Positions 32,701 through 41,247 of a stretch of 41,247 nt of DNA are shown piece after piece. Position 1 is the stretch's first letter; every line of letters starts with the position of its first letter. Position numbers and translations under genes: made by a program. The stretch spans positions 1 through 41,247 of the forward strand of contig NW_025214658.1 in assembly GCF_004010195.1 (NCBI RefSeq), written 5' to 3'. The stretch is from Chiloscyllium plagiosum (taxonomy: Eukaryota). The notes under the pieces were generated by a model. It was not told the origin of the DNA and searched no databases. It worked only from the letters and a program-made list of their open reading frames with translations.

Positions 32701-33890
32701 CTCCAACCAAAGAGTATGACTTTACATTTATGAACATAATATTCCACTTGCCAAACCATTGCCCACTCACTCAATGTATCTATGTCCCTCTGCAAATTTT
32801 CCCAGTCCTCCGCACACATTGTTCTGCAACTCATCTTAGTGTCATATGCAAACTTTGACACCCTATATGTGGTCCCCAACTCCAAATCATCGGTATCAAT
32901 TCTAAATAATTGCAGTCCCAACACTGATCCTAGAGGCACACAATTAGTTACTGATTGCCAGCCAGAATAAGGCTTATTTGTCCCCACTCTGCTTCCTGTT
33001 AGTCATCCAATCTTCTAACCATGCTAACACTCTATCCCATGCACTCTTAGTTAATGCAACAGCCTCTTGCACAGCACCTTGTTGAAGGTCTTTTGGAAAT
33101 CCAGGTACACCGCATCCACTGGATCCCCGTTGTCCACCTTGCTCGAAATATCTTCATACAATTCCAAAAGATTTGTCAAGCATGATCTGCCCTTCATGAA
33201 TCCATGCTCTCTCTGCCCAGTGGGACAATTTCTATCCAGATTCCCTGCTATTTCTTCCTTGATAATAAACCCAAGCATCTTTCCAACTACAGAGAATAAA
33301 CTAACTGGTGTAGAATTCCCTATCTTTTGTCCACCGCCTTTCCTTACAGTCCTTCCTTTTCACTGGAATATGCCTTTGCTAAGCACTTCCTAAAATGTCT
33401 TTGAAAATCTTTTACTGCTCATCAACTGTCCCATCATAAAATCTTTGTTTCCAGTCTACGTTATCCAGGTTCTCACTCATTCTATTTTAGTTCCTCGTGT
33501 TCAAGCACAGGATCAATGTATTAGATTTTATCTTCACACTCTCCATATGTATTCTAACTTCAACCATACAGTGATCACTTCTTTCAAGAGGATCCCTAAC
33601 TCTGAGGTTATTAATTAAACCTGTCTCATTGCACAGGGGCCAGATCTTGGATAGCTTGCACCTTGTCGGTTCAATTTCATTCTGTTCAAAAAGACTATCG
33701 TGGATACACTTAATGAACTCCTCAAGGCTACCCTGACTGAGCTGGTTCGACCAATCTACATGTAGATTAAAATCACCCATGGTAATAGACATATCATTTT
33801 TACAGGCTTTAGTTATTTCTTTGTTAATTGCCCATCCCAATGTGATGTTATTATTTGGCCTGCACACTATGCTTATCAGTGATTTTCTTG
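32701..33890 (-). mobile_element. CR1 ORF2 (endonuclease and RT) with internal deletions
   Basis: MGDFNLHVDW, SDHCMV, HGFMKGRSCLTNLLELYE, VPLGSVLGLQLF, KFAYDTK. Confidence 0.93.
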
Positions 33891-33929
33891 TTAGAATTTT
33901 GAAAGCATCATTTGTGTTTCTCCTAATGT

Positions 33930-34280
33930 ACGGCAATAAAAACAACTACTTGCATTGTATGGAACCTTTCACAATGGCAAATCTCCTAGGGTGCTTCATG
34001 GATGATCAAAACATTGATTAAAGAGAATGATTTTAAAATACATCTTAACGGAGGATAGAGAAGGTTAGGGAGGCTATTCCACAGACTTCTGCCCTTGACA
34101 GCTCCAATTGTGAGTGATGCAGATGGGGTGCGTTGGAAAGGGAATGTGCAAAGGGGAAATGGAGGAGCGTAGGCAGTACATAAGGTCTTAAGGACAGAGG
34201 AGGTTCCAGACTGAGTCTGTCTGTCATAGAGGGTATAGCTGCCTCATGGAGTTTGAAGCAATGGGTCCATGCATGTCATG
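33930..34280 (-). mobile_element. Old L2-type LINE 3' end
   Basis: CAACTACTTGCATTGTATGGAACCTTT...GAGAATGATTTTAAAATACATCTTAA...GGGAGGCTATTCCACAGACTT pattern. Confidence 0.5.
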
Positions 34281-34299
34281 TTAGTCAAGGATAGTATAA

Positions 34300-36830
34300 C
34301 GGTGGCTGAGAGAACTTTTGATGAGGACTTGACTACTGAAGTAGTGTTGTCTGAGGTTAGAACAGGAGAGGGGAGATAACACTGCTTGGATTTTTTATAG
34401 GCCGCCGCAGAGTTCCAGAGAGGGGGAAGAGAGGATTTGCAAAATTACTCTGGGTAGGAGTGAAAGTAACATGGTCATCAATATGGGGTCTTTAACTTCC
34501 CCAACATTGACTGGCAATGCTATAACTCTCGTACGTCGGATGGATCCAATGTGGACAGGAGGGTTTCCTGATTAAGTATGTCAAAGGACCGACAAGAGGG
34601 GAGGCCACATTGGATCTTGTGCTTGGTCCTGAACCGGACTAGGTGTTTGATTTAGTTGTGGGTGAGCACTTTGGAGAGAGTGATCATAATTCAGTTATGT
34701 TTAGTTTAGTGATGGAAAGGGATAGGTACCTGCCACAGGTGAAGACCTATCGATGGGGCAGTGGCAATTATAATGCGATTGGGCAAGAATTAGGATGCAT
34801 AGAATGTGGTAGCAAAATTCAATGGATGCAGACAATGGAAATGTGGAGCTGGTTAAAGGAACAGATATTGCGTGCCCTTGACAGGAATGTCCCTGTCAGG
34901 CAGGGAGGAAGTGATAAGGTAAGTGAACCGTGGTTTACCACAGAAATTGCATCTTTTGTTAAGAAGAAGTAGGAGGCTTATGTGTTGATGAGACAAATGG
35001 TACAGATAAGGCGATGGAGACTTACAGATCAGCTCGGAAGGATTTAAAGAGAGTTAAGAAGAGCAAAGAGAGGACACGAGCAGTCTTTAGCGAAAAGAAT
35101 AAAGGAGAAACCTGAAGCTTTCTATAAGTATGTGAGGAATAAAGGATAGGGTAGGAATAGGGCCAATCAAAGACAGAAGTGGGAAGTTGAGTGTGGACAC
35201 TGTGGAAATCGGAGAGGTGCTAAACGATCATTTCTCAGTGGTTTTCACTCAGGAAAATGAGAATATTGTGGACAATAATAAGGTCGACGATGTTAGACGA
35301 GAAAGGATCGAGGTTAGTTATCAATTCTAGAAGGATTGAAAGTAAACAGGTCCCCTGGGCTGGATGAGATTTATCCGTGGATTGTCTGGGAAGCTAGGGA
35401 GAAGATAGCAAATACTTTGGCTTTGATATTGAGTCGGTATTGCCTACAGGTTCAGAACCAGAGAACCAGAGATTGCAAATGTTCTGCCCTTGATTAAGAA
35501 GGGCAGTAGAGATGAGCCAGGTAATTATATATGAGGTTTTGGAAAGGATTATAAGAGACAATATTTGTAATCATCTGGCAAACAAAAATATGATTTCAGA
35601 ATGTCAATATGGTTTCCTTAAGGGCAGGTTGTGTCTGACAAACCATATTGAGTTTTTTGAGATGGTGGCCAAGCATGTAGATGAGGGTAGGGCAGTTGAC
35701 GTGGTATACATGGACTTCAGTAAAGCCTTTGATAATGTTCCACATGGTAGGCTGTTAGAGAAAATGCAGCGACATGGAATTGAGTGTGATTTAGCAGTTT
35801 GGATTAGAAAGAAGACAGCGAGTGGTAGATGATGGAAAATAATCAGCCTGCAGTGCAGTTATTAGTGGTGTGCCACAAGAATCTGTTTTGGGACCACTGC
35901 TGTTTGTCATTTTTATAAAAGTCTTAGACGCAGGCATAGATGGATGGATTAGTAAAGTTGCAGATGACACGAAAGTCAGTGGAGTAGTGGACAGTGTGGA
36001 AGAATGATACAGGTTGTAGGGGTACTTGGTAAACTGCAGAATTGGGCTGAATGGTGGCAAATGGAGTTCAATGCAGCTTTGTGAAGAATATTAGGAAGGC
36101 AGAGTACTGGGTCAATGGAAACATTCTTGGTAGTGTAGATGTGCAGAGGGATGTTGGAGTCCATGTACGTAGATGGCTGAAAGTTGCCACCCAACAGTAC
36201 AGTACTGTTAAGGCGGCATACAGTGTGTTAGGTTTCATTCGTAGATGGATTGAGTTCTGGAGCCGCAATATCATGCTGCAACGATACAAAACACTGATTC
36301 GGCCATATTTGGAATATTGTTTGCAGTTCTGGTGCCCATATTTCGGGAAGGATATGGAAGCATTGGAAAGGGTTCAGAGGAGATTTCCCAGGATGTTGTG
36401 TGGTCTGGAGGGAAGCACTTATGAGGAAAGGTTGAGTGACTTGAACGTATTCTCATTGGCAAGAAGGCGGCTAAGCGAGGATTTTATAGAGACATACAAG
36501 ATGATCAGAGGCTTAGATAGGGTAGACAGTGAAAGTCTTTTTCCTAGGATGATGACATCAGTATGTATGATGGGGCATAACTACAAATTGAGGGGTGATA
36601 GAGTTAAGACAGATGTCAGAGCCAGGTTCTTTACTCAGAGAGTGATTATGGCGTGGAATGCCCTACCTACTAATGTAGTTAACTCAGCCACTTTAGGTAG
36701 ATTGAAACAATCCTTTAGATAAGCACACGGGTGATTTTGGGATAGTGTACGGGGACGAGCTGAGAATAGTTCGCAGGTTGGCGGAACATGAAGGATCGAA
36801 GGACCTGTTCTGCGCTGTATTGTTCTCAGA
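34300..36830 (+). mobile_element. Near-complete CR1 ORF2 (endonuclease, RT, C-terminus) plus 3'UTR, inactivated by many stops and frameshifts
   Basis: FYRPP, FNFPNIDW, ESDHNSV, YGFLKGRLCLTNHIEFFE, GVPQESVLGPLLF, KVADDTK, LIRPYLEYC and FFTQRVIMAWNALP occur in the correct order. Confidence 0.96.
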
Positions 36831-36930
36831 CTATTGTACTACAAGAGGTTTCTACTGTCTTAAACAGAGTGATGGATCTTGTATTGTGGGCTTACAAAGT
36901 TTCACTGATCTCTACTAAACATGTACGAGG

Positions 36931-37000
36931 AAGGGAATGCTGCCTGACCTGCTGCGCTTTTTCAGGTCTGATTTCCAGCATCTGCAGTCCTCACTTTCTC
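36931..37000 (+). mobile_element. 70-nt Penelope-derived insertion with 11-bp TSD
   Basis: CATGTACGAGG at 36920-36930 and 37001-37011. Body ATGCTGCCTGACCTGCTGCGCTTTT...CCAGCATCTGCAGTCCTCACTTTCTC. Confidence 0.85.
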
Positions 37001-37889
37001 CATGTACGAGGTAGAGTCAGGGCAATAATAAGAGGCTGCAACAGGAGGGGGACAGGTAGCTCCATACAAAACACGACTCCTTCTCAACTGGTTTCACCTC
37101 AAAAACCGAGCACCTTCCAGAAAAGCACCTCTTTATCCAACCGTAATTCTTTGCTCCACAATCATGGTATCTGGCTGTGCGCTAAGAGGAGTGCAATAGT
37201 CTGTACTGGGACCCTGAAACGCTTGGTAAAGAGTCAAATCATCTGAGCATTGAGAGCCCCACCACATTGCATGCATTTTCTCTTGTTTACAATCTGTTCC
37301 TGGCTTCCCTTGGTTTTCCTAATGAACCTGCTAAAAGTTGTTACTGCAGACACCTGCACAAGCTGTGAATTGAACCCAGGCCTCTCGGTCCAAGATTCGG
37401 GATATTTTCACAGCGTCACAAAACATCAACTTGAACTTTCTTTGTCCCTTGCCTGCTAAGTCACGCCTGAATCAACTCTGCAATTGGGAGGAAGGGGCGG
37501 AAGGGGAGGACCGAGTAGCGGCCGGTTCTCCAGCCAGAGTGAATGAGGAGAGGGGCCAAAGCATTCTCGGGAGTGAACGCTTCAAGGTTGGTCAGAGAGC
37601 AAACTATTTTGCAGGATTGATCTTTCTCACTTCATAGTGGAGCATTAAACCTCTACCATAAATTAATGTGAGATTTTAAGAAATACTGTAGTTGAAATGC
37701 AAATCTGATAACGTACATATTTCCAATTGACTTACACAACTCGAGTAAAAAACTTGTTTTCAAACTCCCAGAACGATTGGTAATTTACATACCTGACCGG
37801 TATCTTTGATTTGGACCGGACAATCTATTTGCATGCTCGACATCTCTGACTGTAATTCGACAAAGCAATTGTTAATGACTAATATTTTA

Positions 37890-38400
37890 CCCATGAGTCT
37901 GCGCAGATATGAATATTCTCTATAAACTCACTGATAACCTCAGACGCACGCGCAGTTTGGTTTCTATGTAGAGCATGCGCAGTGTCACATTGGTCAGGAC
38001 AGAGAGAGACATGGAGCTGCTTTCTCCGGCAGCGGCTGCGATCGGCTTCAGAGAGCGGCGATCAGAGCCGGTGTGTGGGAGCCCTCGCTGCGAGAAAGGA
38101 GCGGAGAGAATTCACAAATCCCGGATAAAGGTTAAAAATATCTCGAAAAAGTGTCTCTAGGCCCGGGTAAAGAGGTGGCGGTCTCTGATCAGGGAAGTGG
38201 CCCAGGGGTCACGTCCGCCATTTGTTTGAGGGAAGAGGGAGCGCGGGCATGAGGGCCGCCATCTTGAGAAGGTCAAGGTGCAGGAGGGCGGGGCTCTCGG
38301 GGTCTGGAGAACAATCAGAGGAAAGGGAAGACCCATTGTTACTGATTAATCCCACGGACACAGCGTCACTGGGCGGTCCCGCAGTAATATCCTCTCTCAG
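37890..38400 (+). promoter_or_regulatory. CpG-rich promoter and probable first exon of a + strand gene
   Basis: Local CpG enrichment. NRF1-like ACGCACGCGCAG 37944-37955 and GAGCATGCGCAG 37971-37982, YY1-like CCGCCATTT 38215-38223 and GGCCGCCATCTT 38254-38265, GC box GGGCGGGGC 38286-38294, candidate donor CGG|GTAAAG (GT 38167-38168). Confidence 0.7.
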
Positions 38401-39117
38401 TCCTGCTGGGATGTTTCACCCAGTCAGAACCAGCAGCTCTCCTCCTCTCTCAGCTCCCCTTCTGTCCTTCCTGCAGCATCTGTCCCCCGGAACATTGAGC
38501 TGCCTGTCTTGTCCCTCCCTCAGCTGTTTCTGTAATACCTGTGATATCCCAGTCCAATCTTAGATTACTTCACTAAAGACAGGAATGCACCCAATGGATT
38601 TTTCTTAACATCAGCAATTGCTTAATACTCACTCACCTGTTTTTAATTATATATTTTTTGAAGCATTTAATTCACATTCAATCATTTGCAATGTCAGGAT
38701 TTCAATGTCCAGAGAACATTTGCTGAGTTTCTGGATACATTGCTTCACAATAATACCACTAGGCCATCACTTCGTCTGCTCACAGGTTGCGCATCCCAAT
38801 ACAAAATTTAATCAACATCCTGTCTTTCTGCATAATTGTTTGATCCTGAACTCTGGTGATGTCACTCAGTATCTCTCCATGTGGGGTCCCTCACTGTGTG
38901 GGTCTAATTGCTGCCTCTGTCAGCGTCTCTCAATCTTGCAGCTACTCCAGATCCTGAGCCAACAGAATTCTCCACTCCAGAGAGATGAGGCAGTACTGGC
39001 CAGGAATGGAGACTGGGATTTTCCAGATCTCTGTGGGACTCAGTGCCATTCTACATGTGTAACCCTCACAAGCATCAGACTAATTCCCCATTCTGCCTAT
39101 TTCTCTGTCTTCTACAG

Positions 39118-39234
39118 GTACTGAAGGAGTTCCTGACTCAATAGTCTTGCCAACTGCTGGTTGGGGAGGTGTTTTGTCAGCCAGAGAGAAAAAGGTCAGG
39201 GAGGTCGGAAGCCTTGAATAAATCCTGCCGCCAG
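39118..39234 (+). other. Probable non-coding internal exon (117 nt, 5'UTR-type)
   Basis: Branch-like GACTAAT near 39078, pyrimidine tract TTTCTCTGTCTTCTACAG| and donor CAG|GTAAGA. All three frames contain a stop. Confidence 0.6.
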
Positions 39235-39759
39235 GTAAGATTACTCACAGTGCACAGAGCAGAGAGCAATGAGAGGGCACCAAACATCAGCTAACAAGAC
39301 ATGATATAGATATAGTGCTGGAGGGGGAGCAGACTCGCCTCAGGCTCAATCACCACCTCTACTTTAAGTTTTATTGTACTGAGACAGCATCGGGAGTTTC
39401 CAGTTTTCAATCCAGGCGTGTGCTGTCTTAGTGTGCACCAGGACAACAGAGGGGAATGCAGGCCTGCAATGAGAGAATGGGATCTTTCTGTTCCCTATTC
39501 CCTCTCCAATAATGTATCTATGGCTCATCTTGTGGACCATTCTAACTCCTATATCAGTTCCTATCTCTGTCATCTGCTCCCCTCTCACCAATGTCTTGAC
39601 ATATTTGAAACCTCCAGTCCAGACGACCACCCGTATCGCTGTAACTTGCTTCAGTCTCTAACAACATGCCTTGTCTTGATAGTCTCCTCCAACAACAACT
39701 GAAGACATTGGGTCTGTTTCTGTGCTGCATGACTCTTTGTTTGAGGATTCGAAAACGGA

Positions 39760-41247
39760 ATGAGTTGCATTTGCCTGTGTTTGGCCCATATCTCTTCCAA
39801 TCTTCTCCTCTCCATGTACCTGACCAAGTGTCTTTTCCATGTTGTAATTGTACTTGAATTCACCATTTCCTCTGGCAGTCCGTTCCACATATGCACCATC
39901 CTCTGTGGAAAATGTTGCCCCTCAGCTCCCTCTTTAAACCTTGGTCTCTCACCTCACGTTTATGCCTCTAGATTTGGACTCACCTACCCTTCGCAATTCA
40001 CCTTACTGAGGCCCTATATTGTTTCATAAACCTTTATAATGTCAACCCGTGGCCTCCTCTGCCCAGGGGAAATATTGACGACAATGTTACAAATATCTCC
40101 AGCTCATGTACTCAATGTTCTGGCCACTGATGACAAGTATGCCAAATGCTGGTTTCCCCACCCTGTCCCCCTGTGCTTCCACTTCCAAGGAACAATGTAA
40201 CTGCAGCCCTTGGTCTCTCTCTGTTCGACAACACTGTCCAGGGCCCAACCATTAACTGTGTTCGTCCTCCCTTGTTTGTCTGAACCAAATCCAACACCTG
40301 AATTAAATTCCATCTTTCATTCATTGGCCCACTGGCCCAGTTGATTAACATCCCCTTCGATAACTATATTCCCTGCCCACTCTTCCACTAATCTTGGTAT
40401 CCACAAACATACTAACAGGGACTGCTATATTTTCATTCAAATCGTTTATGTAAGTGGTGCACAACAGTGGCCCCAGCACCAATTCTTACAGCACACTGTC
40501 GGTCAGAGGCCTCCAGTCTGAACAACAACCCTCTCCCACCACCCTCTGGCTCCCACTTTGTATCCAGTTGGCTAGGTCTCTCTGATCCCTTGTGACCTAC
40601 CCTTACTAACCAATGTATCATGCTACACCCTGACCAAGGGTTGTTGAAGCCAGAAACAACGTATGTTGCTCTGCCTTCATCTATCTTCAAGTCAAGTTTG
40701 TGAGACGTGTTTTCCTACGCAATAAGCTATACTGGCTGCCGTAATCAGTCCTTGTCTTTCCAAATGCCATGTAAGTCCTACCTCTCAGAATGACCTCCAA
40801 CAACTGACGCACCCTGATGTCTGGCCATCAGTCTGTAGTTTCCTGGCTTCCTCTTGCAGCCTTTGTTAATTAATGACACAACATTATAATCATAGTCAGA
40901 GAGTCAGACCGCACTGTTCGGTCAATGCTAACCATACTCTAAAACTGATCTCATCCCACATGCCTGTTCCTTGATCCTATCCCTTCAAACATTTCCTATT
41001 CACAACATTATAATCATAGTCAGAGAGTCAGACCGCACTGTTCGGTCAATGCTAACCATACTCTAAAACTGATCTCATCCCACATGCCTGTTCCTTGATC
41101 CTATCCCTTCAAACATTTCCTATTCATGTACAATTCCTAATGTCTTTTAAACATTGTAATTGTCTCCACATTCACCCCTTCCTTGGGAGGTTCATTCCAC
41201 ATACAATCCACCCTCTGTGGAACAATGTGACCCTCACGTCTTTTTTT
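39760..41247 (-). mobile_element. Decayed CR1 fragments (3' end and RT), with a second CR1 3' end from about 40890
   Basis: ORFs 39651-39899 (MVHMWNGLPEEMV), 40104-40313 and 40433-40690 (KIDEGRA). Confidence 0.88.
40877..41124. repeat. Perfect 124-bp tandem duplication
   Basis: 40877-41000 is identical to 41001-41124. Confidence 0.95.

Noticed and set aside
36051..36722. 223-aa ORF as an active or domesticated RT gene
   Set aside because: It is only the C-terminus of a CR1 ORF2 whose upstream part carries many stops and frameshifts.
37690..37990. Octamer ATGCAAAT (about 37696) with a weak PSE-like word, suggesting an snRNA gene
   Set aside because: No recognisable snRNA sequence or Sm site follows. 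The downstream motifs fit an mRNA-type CpG promoter.
38222..39124. 113-aa and 168-aa ORFs downstream of the CpG promoter
   Set aside because: Both begin at TTG, have no domain similarity, and lie in what appears to be intron 1.
1..41247. Prokaryotic systems (CRISPR arrays, operons, defence islands, retrons)
   Set aside because: The sequence is vertebrate. There are no regularly spaced repeats, and all RT-like frames belong to CR1, L2 or Penelope retrotransposons.

Overview
This is eukaryotic, repeat-dominated genomic DNA with three assembly gaps (2091-2732, 25215-25608, 31848-32700). The repeat spectrum points to a cartilaginous fish, most likely a shark: HE1-like tRNA SINEs, many decayed CR1 LINE fragments including an SGNH-esterase ORF1, L2-like fragments and Penelope-like elements. 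No complete protein-coding gene is present, and most ORFs in the track are broken retroelement frames or chance ORFs. The non-repeat sequence is a decaying C2H2 zinc-finger gene cluster. It holds one multi-finger pseudogene (+), one two-finger terminal fragment (-), four relics of the same coding-exon 5' end (-), several promoter relics, and one intact-looking CpG-rich promoter with a downstream non-coding exon near 38-39 kb. Most notable observations: (1) an isolated, splice-intact, in-frame 213-nt phase-1/phase-1 exon (23612-23824, -) encoding the ROBO2 CC3 proline-rich segment, with no other ROBO exon recognised in the window; (2) tiny 70-116 nt Penelope-derived insertions, two carrying a minimal hammerhead-ribozyme-like core, each flanked by 11-13 bp target-site duplications; (3) a 227-bp Tigger-type MITE resembling a mammalian Tigger family. 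Family names come from recall of consensus sequences, not from database searches, and repeat boundaries are approximate.
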